A stretch of DNA of 64,000 nucleotides. Source: Dendrobates tinctorius (lineage: Eukaryota). Position numbers and translations under genes: made by a program. The DNA lies in assembly GCF_039654945.1 (NCBI RefSeq), contig NW_027361743.1:9238001-9302000 (forward strand). Direction: 5' to 3'. Positions 11,881 through 24,118 of this stretch are shown one piece after another. The stretch's first letter is position 1; every line of letters starts with the position of its first letter. Under the pieces are notes generated by a model. It did no database searches. It saw nothing but the letters and a program-made list of their open reading frames with translations, and was not told the DNA's origin.

Positions 11881-13589
11881 TCCGTCTAAATTTCTGAATG
11901 CTGTGATTCAGATGAACCCCCAAGGGTTCTTTTCACTATAATGAGGCAGTACAGTTCCTCTGGACTCCATCTGGCTTCTGTTCAGCTTTGTCCTTCTTTT
12001 CATAGGTGCACAAAACTGTGGCGGACCGCACATTTATTTCTTGCCTAAAAAGACGGACGCAGGTCAGACAGTGTCCACAGTGCCTCCACCTGCTTTATTA
12101 TGGGGAATCTTCCGCAGGGGCTTCTGTCTGAATCACGTATTTCAGAGATTTACACGAAAACTCCGGTGCAAGCGCTCACCATAGAGTGCAGGATAACAAA
12201 AAAAACACGCTTTTATTCCAAAAAATAGCTACATGCGATGGTAGAAGCAGGACCTGTCGTGACCAGATGAAGGAAACCGTGACTTTCCGAAATGCGTTTG
12301 ATCCTTCTGGGTCATTTTTACTATCCATATCCACTCGTAGCCAGCAGTCAGCTCTGGTCACATGATCTCCCGCATCACGCCAGGTGCTGCTTCTACCATC
12401 GCATGTAGCAAGGACACAGTATCTGACCGCGGCCACCGGGATTCTCTTACTGACAGCTGCGCACACCGACGCCTTGAATGCAACGGAGAACCAACTCTCC
12501 TATCTTCTACTATAATCCTGCGAAGGTAACCTGTAACACGCAGGCCCTTGGACGGGCCATCCATGTTGCTCGGGAGGAACTGCCACCGGCCGGGGCAGTT
12601 TTCCTCAGACTTTAGGAGTGACTTATATCCTAGCACTCCACTCTGAGAATTCCTACCTGTCAGCACACAGGATCAAGGACTATTTAAGGACTATATTTGC
12701 CGCAGTGGTATTACATTTATGCAATATTTATTTATTGTCTGCTACCAAAACATTAACCTACCACTTATTACAGGTATTCTGCAGACAAGCTGGCTGAACG
12801 ATCTCTGCCACTAATTAACCCATTCTTTTTCTGACCTCTTCCTCTTCGGTGTTGCCTCATAAAACCCCCCTTATATTTAGCCTTTTTTACCATCCTAAGT
12901 TGGGCTAAGTGCAACTATCACAGTGGGCATAGTGCAATTCTATTTTCCTTTGTGTATATACATATTTGTATTCTCATCATCTATGGTCTAATAATAATAT
13001 TTTTCAATACATTGGCATTATTCATTATTGAGAAGTTTTATGTGCGCAAATCTTATTTTTTTAATTTACATTTTTTGACAAACCTGTGGTTTTTTGTTTA
13101 GTTTCGCTGCACTTTTTACCTTACTCCAGCGCCGCTGAAATTTATAATATTATTTGAACTCATATTTGTAGGTGTTGCCCTGTTTCTGTTGTCTGCAGGA
13201 CCAGAGGGGGTGACCTAATGGGCCTAGTCCTTTATAGCAGCCCTCTATCATTTTTTTATCACAATGATTAAGGCGGCACGACCGATGAAACGCGTATGCA
13301 CTTTAAGCCTGTGACTGTCACTGGTAAGAATTACCCGTGTTTTTGTGTCTCTGGATATAAAGATGGATTTTGGACTTATGTGCTTTTAATGAAAATGGAA
13401 TAAAAGTTGTTTTTTATGGATATCACCCGCGCTGGACTTCTGCTTCACCATCAACAAGCTTCTTACACCTCTCAACTGGAATTTTCGACCACTCTCCTTT
13501 TGCAAACCGCTCCAGGTCTCTCATATTTGAATATATCTTCCCCTAACAGCAATTTTAAGATGTCCCCACAGGTAATCAATTGGATTTAG

Positions 13590-14129
<540 letters not shown>

Positions 14130-15522
14130 TATAATAAATTACACCAGGAAGTGGGTGGGATGGGGGAGACGTGAGTGCATTTGTGGGAGGATTTAGCGAC
14201 TTGAAACAAAAGTTTATAAAAATCACACATTTCTAATTATCTGCTGGTGTAACCATGATGTTGATCACCTAATGCACAAGCCAACAGCTGCTGCCTTGAT
14301 AGTGGATGGAGACAGAACGTTCATACTACACATCTTCCTTCCCCATACAGGCTTTAGTGCTGGGCTAGTAAACGAGCGCCGATTGCCTGGTAAATAGCCC
14401 CCTTTACGACCAGGCTACCATTTTTCATTTTAGTGTTTTTGTTTCTTCCTCCAAGAGCCATACCCTTTCTTTCAGGATGAGATGTATCCTCTTTGAATTA
14501 AACCATTCATTTTACCGTATAATGTAATGAAAAAAAAAATTCTAATTTTCTAAAACGGCGTAAATGATGGAAAAAAACAAAACTTGCCAGAATGCCATTT
14601 TACTACATTTAATGTGTGGTAAAAACGACCTAGGAACAGGACTCTAGGTCAGCACGATTATGGCGATACCAAAGTTTTAAAAGTTTTTTTTTTTTTTTTT
14701 ACTAGATAAAAAAAAAAGACCCACAACATAACTTAACTCCCAGACCAATGCCTGCACTTTGTATCCCAGTGGTAAGGTGATATTGTTATGTCACGAGACA
14801 GCTGCAGCCAATCACCGACCTATGATCGTCTGCAGCTCTCGCTCTTTCATCTGCCGAAACTGTAGAGGTTGCAGTAGCCATGTGACAGTGTCTTGATCCA
14901 GAGTATAGAAATGGCGCTGGTGCAGAAGGTGAGGACACTTTTTTTTGTTCTTTTGGTCTTTACGTGGACAACCCCTTCAATTTTTTTTAGTCCCCCTAGA
15001 GGACTTGTACTTTTCAGCAATACAAAGGTAATGCAGTATTTAGTAAAACTGACACGGTATTAAGAAACCGAACCAAGGTGGCAGCAATAAGGGGCCCCGG
15101 CCACCAGGGCAACCCACTAGCGCAGTAAGACCGCTTCGAGGGGATAGGCGATTGGCACCAGTACACACACAAGATAACTACTTAAATGCCGCTATCAGCT
15201 GCTCTAAATGGTTAAACAGCAGTGATCAGGGCTAGCTCCATACACGTCTATCATGTCAGGGGTCACAGGTCCATAACCGGCCTTAAAGGATATGTAAAAT
15301 AAAGTTATTGTAAACACAACATCTGCAAGATCTCCGAACTTAGAGCTTTACCCTGTGTTATAGGGAGTGACATTGCTGCATCCATGTAACTTCGGGCTGT
15401 ACATGGCCACCTAAGGTTCACTGCATCATCCTTCCCTCACTATAGGTACACGACATGCAGAGCAGCGGACACGTACACATCTGCACCACATAAGCAAATC
15501 TGATGTTTATCGCTGCCGGAAG

Positions 15523-15966
15523 TTAAGTCCAATAATCTGCAACCTCAAACAGGTAGTGGTAGATGTCGGTGCGCCGGGCGATCTCGTACGCAGTCTCTCC
15601 GAGCTTGTTGGTCAGTTGAGGTTTCACGTAGCGATTCATGAGGAGAAGCTCCAGCAGCTGCCGGCTGTCTCTGTTGGCGGCAGCCAAGTGCAGCGGCGTT
15701 AGCGAGCCCTTAGTCTGTGCGTTGATGTCTGCCCCGTGCTGAAGAAGGAAGGAGGCCACGGCCGGGTTATTCCACTTGCAGGCGCTGTGCAGCGGCGTCC
15801 ATCCGTCTAAGGTCACTGCGCAGAGGTTTGCCTCCTTGGCGATCAGCTCCCGCACGATCGACAGGTGACCGTTGTACGAGGCCCTGTGCAGGGGGGTGTA
15901 ATCATCTTCATCAGTGACATTCACCAGATCCGGGCTGATGGAAAGGATTCTCTGAATGGTGTCCAG
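15523..15966 (-). CDS. ANKRD49: Ankyrin repeat domain-containing protein 49, last coding exon
   Basis: ttcttcttacag acceptor; LDTIQRILS...TPLHRASYNGH...GWTPLHSACKWNN...TPLHLAAANRDS...IYHYLFEVADYWT*, matching vertebrate ANKRD49. Confidence 0.96.
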   Translation of the reverse strand: MDTIQRILSISPDLVNVTDEDDYTPLHRASYNGHLSIVRELIAKEANLCAVTLDGWTPLHSACKWNNPAVASFLLQHGADINAQTKGSLTPLHLAAANRDSRQLLELLLMNRYVKPQLTNKLGETAYEIARRTDIYHYLFEVADYWT

Positions 15967-16187
15967 CTGTAAGAAGAAAATAACCAGTGAGAAAACTGGG
16001 AAAAATAAAAAAAACAATGCACTCAGCACGTCAACATTCTCATAATAATGGAGAAAACTACAGATCAACTGTGGTCCCACGGCCAGTGCCCGCTCCGATC
16101 AGCAGAACAAGACGTTACCTACTTGGTGATGTCCCAGTGGTCGAATCATCACTGATCAATAAGTTATCAGCCATCCTAGAGCATATA

Positions 16188-17227
16188 CCGTACTTTTCAG
16201 ATTATAAGATGCACTTTTTTCCTCCAAAAATGTGGAGTAAAATGGGGGGTGCGTCTTATAGTCTGGATGTGTAGGCTGTGCTGAGGAGGTAGGGGAGCGG
16301 TTTTGGCGGAGGAGCAGCTGCTGCTGCTGCTAACTCCGGTGCCCACTGGTAAAGAGAAATGTATATTCACTGCATTCCACGCCCATGGGCATGGAGGGCA
16401 ATGAATATTCATTTCTCTTTAATGGCATCCTGATATGATTGGCCCCCTCCCCCATTCTGGTATGCATAGCCCCTTCAGAAAACAATAAAAAACCCCAACC
16501 ATTACACTTACCTTCCCGGCGCTCCTTCGCAGCGTCCTGCTCCAATGACAGCAGCTGCTTTATGCTTGTAAGCAGCGCATGGCAGGGACGTCATGCGCTG
16601 CTTGCAAGCCCAAGGGCAGCTGCCGGAATACTCAATACTCTGCACGTCGGGACTGTATGCGCGCAAAGCATTGAGTATTCATTGTTCTCTAGCGAGCAGT
16701 GTCAGCCGCAGCCTTCCTGCAGCTGCCGGCGGTCACATGTGCCAATACTTAAGAGAAATGAATATTCATGAAATGAGGTGAATATTCATTTCTCTTAAGT
16801 ATCGGCACATGTGACCGCCGGCAGCTGTAGGAAGTCTCCGGCTGACACTGTGCTCGCTAGAGAACAATGAATACTCAGTGCTTTGCGTGCATACAGTCCC
16901 TGCGTGCAGAGTACTGAGTATTCTGGCAGCTGCCCTGCGGCTTATAATCAGCACATGACGTCCCTGCCATGCGCTGCTTACAAGCATAAAGCAGTTGCTG
17001 GCAATGAACAGTGAGGGAGCACCAGGAAGGTAAGTGTAATTTTTTTTTTTTTTATGTTTTCTGATGGGGCCATGCATACCAGGATGGGGATGGAGGCCAA
17101 TCATACGACAGGATGGGACCATGTGTATGAGGATCGGAGATATTATGTACAGCATTGATCATATTTTTGCTTCCCCTTAATCTCCTCCTCTAAAACCTAG
17201 GTGCGTGTTATGGTCCGAAAAATACGT
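16188..17227. mobile_element. Tc2/pogo-like non-autonomous element with a long internal inverted repeat
   Basis: TA-CCGTACTTTTCAGATTATAAGATGCAC ... GTGCGTGTTATGGTCCGAAAAATACG ends; internal arms ~16501-16768 and ~16780-17040. Confidence 0.7.
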
Positions 17228-17301
17228 TAAGTGGTGGTGTCACCTCCTGAGCCCACCCCAAACATGTGGAACTGATGGTGGAGGTACGGTCATATCATAT
17301 T

Positions 17302-17562
17302 GGGCGGCACGGTGGCTCAGTGATCAGCACTGCAGCGCTGGGGTCCTGGGTTCAAATCCCACCAAGGACAACATCTGCAAGGAGTTTGTATGTTCTCCCC
17401 GTGTTTGCGTGGGTTTCCTCCGGGTTCTCCGGTTTCCTCCCACATTCCAAAGACATACTGATAGGGAATCTAGATTGTGAGCCCCATTGGGGACAGTGAT
17501 GATCATGTCTATAAAGCGCTGTGGAATTAATGCCGCTATATAACTGAGTAAAATAAATAAAT
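17302..17562 (+). mobile_element. tRNA-derived V-SINE with L2-like tail
   Basis: A box TGGCTCAGTG, B box GGTTCAAATCC, V-domain core GTTCTCCCCGTGTTTGCGTGGGTTTCCTCCGG, tail AAAGCGCTGTGGAA...AATAAATAAA. Confidence 0.85.
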
Positions 17563-17671
17563 ATGACAGGAAGGGGTTAAGTTGCGTTAAAACATTGCAT
17601 CAATGAATCTTTGATCAGCTACTGGGGGTTATATCCCAACCTGATCTTACTGCTCCATTGTGTGAACTTAC

Positions 17672-17968
17672 TCTGTTATTTTCTGCAGCAAAAAGCATTA
17701 ACTCTTTGGGGTTGTCCTTCAGAGCCTCCTCCTGACTCTGGTACCAATCCTCGCTCTTCTCCTCCTCGTCATCTTCTGACTCCCCCGGCCATAGACTCTG
17801 GGTCCCGGTAGGAATCAGGTGGCGGTGGGTTTCCAGTAGATCCAGTTGATTAAAGTCATCTGGAAAGTAGTCGAGTTTTTCTTGCAGATCAGTTTCGTCC
17901 TCTGTAGCAGTGTCGCCTGCGCCATTGTCCTGGGAGAAAGCGGCGTCCGTCTCCTGTAACGTCGTCAT
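17672..17968 (-). CDS. ANKRD49: ANKRD49, first coding exon
   Basis: gtcttccag acceptor followed immediately by ATG; MTTLQETD...FNQLDLLETHRHLIPTGTQSLW...WYQSQE...LFAAENNR then GTAAGT; phase 0 join to 15966 gives 246 aa. Confidence 0.93.
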
Positions 17969-18759
17969 CTGGAAGACACAAGACATCATGGCATGGCGCA
18001 AGAGGAAGCAAAAGGCGGGTGCGGCGCCACAAAAAGGGCGACACCAGCGGTCACAGGACCCCAGTGGTCAATACTGTGCTTTAGGACTGGCTTTCAGGGT
18101 GTTCGCATGTTTTTATGTCATCGTTGTTGGGGGGTGTTTTAGGTTTCTAGATGTTTTCTACCGATTAATTGGGGATTTTTATAGGAAGTCTTTATATTTC
18201 TGTGCAGATATCCCCCAGTCCCTCCTCCTCCCCTGGAGCGATTTTACCTGGGTCTCACATTTTCACAATATTTTCGTGCTGCAAAAAATTCATGAAGCGG
18301 GCCTGACATTTTGATAAAAATCTATAAAATTAACCCCCCCCCAAAGAATGACAAATTGGGTCCCCACTAATACTGGTAGCAGAGACCACCCCGAAGACGC
18401 GCTCCACTGCGGGTCACACGGCAGGACCGCTTTACGGTGCGACCAGCCTCTAACAGCAGCAACTGGAGCTACTCCACCTCCTGTCGCTGCTGTCTGGCCA
18501 CAGGTTAACCCCTGAAATGCTGCCACTAATCTCTGACAGCACCAATGTCCCAGTGGGGTCTGCCTAGGACCCTCCTTCCCGCCCCGCAGCCCCTGCTCTA
18601 TGGCCGGATACAGCGGTCTGCACTCACCTGTCACTGCCACAACTCCCAGTCTGCAGAGACTCCCTGCAGTAACCTGTTGGCTCCACGTCACCCCTCCCAC
18701 AATAACACCTGCTATCGATGCCTGTGCCCGGACCGCGGTCATGGACCACCCCTCCTCAC

Positions 18760-19030
18760 CTTATACACAGTGCAGTAACCCTTTTCCTTAGGATGTGATG
18801 ATGATGATAATAAACTACACTTCCCAGCAGCCTTTGCGCTTCACACGTCAGCCTCCTGCGCCCTCCGCCACACTGAGCAGTAGTTTTCGCGTCTCCAGTA
18901 AGGCGCCACACTGGTGTAGTCCTCAGGGATACCGCCGCGCACGGAATGCTGGGACTTGTAGTATTGGCGGCAGCTCCCAGCATGCACTGCACACGTGTTC
19001 CCGGGATTTTGCAGTGAGAGAGTCAGTGAG
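18760..19030. promoter_or_regulatory. ANKRD49/MRE11 bidirectional promoter with ZNF143 (Staf) sites and probable non-coding first exons
   Basis: CpG-rich. ACTACACTTCCCAGCAGCC (18814-32), reverse ACTACAAGTCCCAGCATTCC (18943-62), CTCCCAGCATGCACTGC (18974-90), CCAAT, E-box CACGTG (18992-97), TTTTCGCG. Candidate donors: minus AAG|GTGAG at 18760/18759 and plus GAG|GTGGGT at 19030/19031. Confidence 0.75.
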
Positions 19031-19239
19031 GTGGGTCTTGCGGTAGAGCCGGGTGTAGTGGCTGTGCGTGCTGGGACATGTGGGCACAGGCAGTGTGGCG
19101 CAGAGTGAGGTCAGCACCGTGGTGTGTCATGTCACAGCATGGCCAGGGTAATGCTGACGGGTCAGTGCTGGAGGCACGGGTGTGTGCTGCACTGTTACAC
19201 ACCCCAATAAGCCGTGTGTTATCTGCGAGAGTTACTGCT

Positions 19240-20000
19240 CTTATCTGCAGCAGGTTCCCCATTACAGCGTCACCTGCAGGTTCCCCCATAACAGTGTCAT
19301 CCACTGGTCCCACATAAGAGTGTTCTCAGGTCCCCCATAACACAGGGTTCTTCACGGTAAGAGCAGTGAGGCTCTGGAATTCTCTTCCTGAGGAAGTGGT
19401 GATGGTCAACTCACTGAATGAATGTAAGAAAGGAATGGATGCTTTTCTTGTGAGTAACAGTATAGAAGGTTACGAATAACAGAATATTATAGGTAGATGG
19501 TTGATCCAGCTTAGGGGAAGGGATTTTTTTCCCTATGGAGAAAATTGGCGTCTACTCTGTGGGTTTTTTGCCTTCCCCAGGATCAACAATGCAGAACAGC
19601 TGCAATAAAATTGCCTGAACTAGATGGACATAAGGTCTTCCTTCAGCCTTCAAAACTATGTCACCCACAGATCCCCATAAGTGTTATCTGCAGATCCCCA
19701 TAACAGAGCATCACCCACAGATCCCCCATAACGGCGTCACACACTGATCCCCCCCATAACGGCGTCACACACTGATCCCCCCCATAACGGCGTCACACAC
19801 TGATCTCCCGTAACAGCATCACCCTCAGATCCCCAAAAAGAGTGTTATCTGAATATCCCCATAACAATGTCATCCACAGATCCCCTGTAACAGCATCACC
19901 CACAGATCCCCCATAACAGCGTCACCCACTGGTCCCCCATAACCATGTCATCCACAGATCCCCTGTAGCAGCATCACCCACAGATCCCCCATAACAGCGT
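19240..20000. repeat. ~27-bp minisatellite (CCCCATAACAGCGTCACCCACAGAT) interrupted by a CR1-like 3' fragment (~19345-19660); resumes at ~21560-21660
   Basis: Repeated units are directly visible; the insert carries TTCTTCACGGTAAGAGCAGTGAGGCTCTGGAATTCTCTTCC, typical of CR1 3' ends. Confidence 0.75.
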
Positions 20001-20279
20001 ACAGATTATGAAGGATAAGTGGTATATAGGATTAAGTCAGAATTCACAGAAAATAAATCCCATAAGACATCCTCGAGATAACTTGGTTAAGACCTTTGGT
20101 AGAGAACTTGAGGAGATGCTGATAGAGGCACCTGATGACGGACTTATTTCTAAAAAATGAAATTGAATATAAGAATCCTAAATACTTTATGACATCTATA
20201 TTTTATTCTCTTCCAAAAATACTTAAAGGACTTAAGCCCCTAAACGGTCCTCCCTTTGTATTTGGTATTAATTCTCTAA

Positions 20280-20485
20280 GGACGGGGGTCACACTTGCGT
20301 GTGCAATGCGAGAAACTCGCCTCAATACCGGGCACTGCCGCCGGCGGTTCGAACCGGAGTGTTCAGCTTCGTAGAAAGACATGCAGCTGCACACTCCCAT
20401 CCCGAGTGCTGGCGGCAGTGCCCGGTATTGAGGCGAGAGACTCGCGCAGGTTTCTCGCATTGCACTCGCAAGTGTGACCCCGGCC
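20280..20485. mobile_element. Harbinger-type MITE inserted in the Penelope RT
   Basis: GG..GGGGTCACACTTGCG...CGCAAGTGTGACCCCGGCC, TAA TSD. Confidence 0.8.
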
Positions 20486-21168
20486 TAACACAAAATTATA
20501 ACGTGTGCCTTTATAGAGTTCTCAGAAGATGTGTCACAGCATTGCCGTCCTATGAGAGACACCTCCGGCTTGCTGCACTATATAGTAGTATTCCCCATGA
20601 ATCAGGCATTAAGGTAGCTGAATATTTCCTAAGCTCCAGAGATACCATTGTGTTTCTTATAATACTTTTATTAGGCAGTTTGCCCTACCACAATTATTTT
20701 GCCTCTAATGGCAAACTGTACCACCAGGTCAGGGGTACCGCTCTGGGCATTCACTGCGCCCCCACCTATGCAAATTTGTTCCTGGGTTGTTGGGAAGATA
20801 CCATCATTTTTGGGGAGGATACCGTACCATGCTGGAGCCCGCAGATATTATTCTGGGGACGCTACATTGATGACATTTTTGTTCTAAGGTCCGGTAGCAA
20901 GACCTCTTTTGATACAGTTATCAGAGATATCAATAATAACACACTGAACTTTACAATCACATCTGAAATTAATCATAAGCAGCATTAATTTTCTGAACAC
21001 AACTATCATGAGAGATCATACGGGGCAACTCATGACTAGTACCTTTCGTAAACCCACCTCAACAAATGACCTGTTACACTGTAACAGCCGCCATCCCCTT
21101 AGCCTAAAACAAGGAATCCCAAAAGGGCAGCATTACTGCAAGAGAAGGAACTGCTCCATGGACACTAC

Positions 21169-21461
21169 TAGTGATGAGCGAGTATACTCGTTGCTCGGGT
21201 GTCCTCCGAGTATTTTGGCGTGCTCGGAGATTTAGTGTTTGTCAACGCAGCTGCATTATTTGCGGCTGCTAGACTGGCTGTGAATACAAGTGGATATTGC
21301 CTGTTTGTTAGGAATTTCACACATGTATTCAGACTGTCTAGCAGCTGCAAATCATGTAGCTGTGTTGACAAACACTAAATCTCCGAGCACGCCAAAATAC
21401 TTGGAAATCACCCGAGCATGTTCGGGAAAACCAGAGCAACGAGTATACTCGCTCATCACTA
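21169..21461. mobile_element. hAT-type MITE
   Basis: Perfect TIR TAGTGATGAGCGAGTATACTCG and 8-bp TSD GACACTAC (21161-68, 21462-69). Confidence 0.9.
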
Positions 21462-22163
21462 GACACTACCTTTTTTTCACAATCCGGTCAATGAAGGGAT
21501 AGGTTCTTGGAGAGGGGATACCAATTTAGTACGCTAAACTCTGCCTTCAAGGATATTGTGTCACTCGCAGATCCAACATAACAAAACGTCATCCGCAGAT
21601 CCTCCATAACAGAGCTTTATTTGCAGATCCCCCACAAAAGGTCCCCGATAACAGATTGTCATTGACACCCTTCATGCTTTTCGTGGGGGGGAGGGAAGTG
21701 GTCATTGACTGTCCCTGCCAGACACGGAGCACAGTCGTCTGCAGAGATGTCTCATGCATGATTTTCTAGCAGGTGATTTCACAACATTCCGTATTTAAAA
21801 TGAAAAAGGTGGAATTGCCCGGTGTCACCCACTGTGTTATCCAGTCACCGAGGGAGTGACCCGCGATCCGCCAGCTACTGCTGCTCAGACAGTCGTGTGA
21901 TCTGCTCCCCACCTCTGTAATATAGGACTCGATCTTGCTTTGCTTGCTCTTTCTTAGTTCTGGAGGGTGCACTTTACATCAGTGTAGAGCTGTAATTTTT
22001 CCTTCTTCACTGCATATTGTTTATGAGGCACAAGATGGCATTTATGCTGGAGAAGACAATAACACTGAAACATGATGAATCTTTCTATTTCTCCTACAGG
22101 GTTTGGGCAATTTGCATATTACATCTGAGAATTATAATATCCAGACTAAATTAACGTATAGAC

Positions 22164-22186
22164 ATGAGCTCCTCTGGTAACAGTGT
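22164..22186 (+). CDS. MRE11: MRE11 double-strand break repair nuclease, first coding exon (exon starts at 22100 with 5' UTR)
   Basis: ctcctacag acceptor at 22099; ATG AGC TCC TCT GGT AAC AGT GT|GTAAGT gives MSSSGNSV, phase 2 matching exon 30651. Confidence 0.85.
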
Positions 22187-22319
22187 GTAAGTAGTCTTAT
22201 TTATTCATTTATATATTATATTGTCAACTATTAAAATGACCCATATGTACAGGTATATAACTACTATAATACTGCCCCTATGTACAAGAATATAAATAAT
22301 ACTGCTACTATGTATAAGA

Positions 22320-22545
22320 TTAATCTAGTTTCCTTCTATGATGGAATCACTGACTGGGTGGATCAGGGAAATATGGTAGGTATAGTATATCTCAACTTCA
22401 AGCAAAGCATTTGATAAAGTATCTCATACTATTCTTATCGAAAAAATGACCAAGTATGGGATTTACAAGGCTATGGTTAGGTGGATTCATAACTGGCTCA
22501 GTGATCGTACTCAAAAGAGTGGTAATAATTGGTTGCAGATCCAGC
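22320..22545 (+). mobile_element. CR1 LINE RT fragment
   Basis: Reads NLVSFYDGITDWVDQGN...KAFDKVSH (frameshifted). Confidence 0.7.
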
Positions 22546-22597
22546 TTTTTATCTGTTGGGAGTGTTTACCCCTCCTGTTGTGTACTCTCTACTCTTA

Positions 22598-23372
22598 GGC
22601 TTTGTGCACACGTTGCGGAATTGCCGCTGAAATTTCTGAGGGAATTCCGCAACTCCCTGACGCGGTAAATACGCTAGAATTCCGCATGCGTAATTCCCGC
22701 ATATGCGGAAAACTGATTGACAGGTTGGCCCCACTCTTCAAACATAGTGTTTGACTAGCGTGACCAACTTTTTACTATTGAGGCTGCTTATTCGGCATCA
22801 GTAGTAAAATGATATAATGTTAAAAATAATTAAAAAAAAAATAAAAAATGGTGTTTTTCCTCACCTTCCGGCGTCCCACGCAGCCTTCCCGATCCTTGCA
22901 ATGCTCCCGGCAAGTCCCTTTCCCAGCAATGCCTTGCGACAATTACCTTTGATGATGTAGTGGTCTTGCGAGACTGCGACTTCTTCAAAGGTTTTTGTCG
23001 CAAGGCATCACTGGGAATGGAAGTTGCCGGGAGCATCGCTAAGCCTGGGGACGCTCAGTGGAACACCGGAAGGTGAGAATAGCACCATTTTTTATAGTAA
23101 TATTTTTTTTAATAGGGATATGGTACCCAGGACCTGGAGGAGAGTCTCCTCCCCTCCAGACCCTGGGTACCATCCACACATTTTCCGCTTACTTGCGTAT
23201 TTTTCCGCGATGCGATTTTGCCGCGGAAAAATACGCAGCATTTGCACAGCATGTGTGGAATGCCATTGAATACAATGGGCTGCTTATTTTATGCATTTTC
23301 GCAGCGTTTACTTGAAGAAACGCGGCAAAAATGCATAAAATCTGCGGGAATTCCGGACGTGTGCACACAGCC
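22598..23372. mobile_element. Harbinger-type MITE
   Basis: GGCTTTGTGCACACGT...ACGTGTGCACACAGCC, TTA TSD; internal hairpin module shared with 52022-52877. Confidence 0.8.
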
Positions 23373-23751
23373 TTAATGTTATACTGTTTAGCTCGGGGTT
23401 CACAAGGGCCACACAGGGCGAGCCTTTTTTGAGCGGGGGCGTCAATTTGCGTTCAAGCTATGGTGCCAATCTCCGCATCAAGGCAGGGTTGTCCACAGTG
23501 AGAGATCAGGGTGATTAATAGATTTGGTTTGTACCTATATTTTTCTTGTCCTTTGACTGACATCTTTTTATGTACCAAGATCTATTTTCCTACGCATAAT
23601 ACAGCCAGTGGTTTTTGTGCCCGGTTGAATATATTATTGCGCTTAATATTTTTGGATTTTAATATATTTAATAAAAGTTAATTTTTAGGGTATTAGTTTT
23701 TTTGATAAGCCTTCCTTCACTAATCCCACTTATATTTAATTTTCAAAAGTC

Positions 23752-24118
23752 CTTAGCTTGCAAAAAAGAAGACTAAGAGGAGACTTAATTGCTGTCTACA
23801 AATATCTGAAGGGCTGTCACATTGTAGAGGGATCATCCGTATTCTCATTTTCACATGGAAACACAAGAAGCAATGGAATGAAACTGAAAGGGAGGAGACA
23901 CTGATTAGATATTAGAAAAAACTTTTTGACAGTGAGGATGATCAATGAGTGGAACAGGCTGCCACGAGAGGTGGTGAGTTCTCCTTGAATGGAAGTCTTC
24001 ATACAATGGCTGGACAGACATCAGTCTGAGATGGTTTAGTGAGTCCTGCATTGAGCAGGGGGTTGGACATGATGACCCTGGGGTTTCCTTCCAACTCTAA
24101 CACTGTATGATTCTATGA
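23752..24118 (+). mobile_element. CR1 LINE 3' end
   Basis: RRLRGDLIAVYKYLKG coding remnant and CCTTCCAACTCTAA...ATGATTCTATGA terminal repeat. Confidence 0.85.

Larger units (their letters stand above)
20001..21560 (+). mobile_element. Decayed Penelope-like reverse transcriptase fragment
   Basis: LYSSIPH, YHQVRGTALG..CAPTYANLFLG, WGRYIDDIF, TFRKPTSTN..HP..KQGIPKGQ motifs in ORFs 20299-20988 and 21008-21235; frameshifted and interrupted by MITEs. Confidence 0.85.

Noticed and set aside
15967-16080. Hydrophobic N-terminal extension of the ANKRD49 ORF
   Set aside because: It is the intron polypyrimidine tract read in frame; the acceptor lies at 15968-15967.
17302-17375. tRNA gene
   Set aside because: A and B boxes are present, but there is no cloverleaf and the sequence continues into the V-SINE body.
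17969-18001. Upstream in-frame starts for ANKRD49 (MRHAMMSCVFQ)
   Set aside because: They overlap a good acceptor (gtcttgtgtcttccag) and are most simply intronic.
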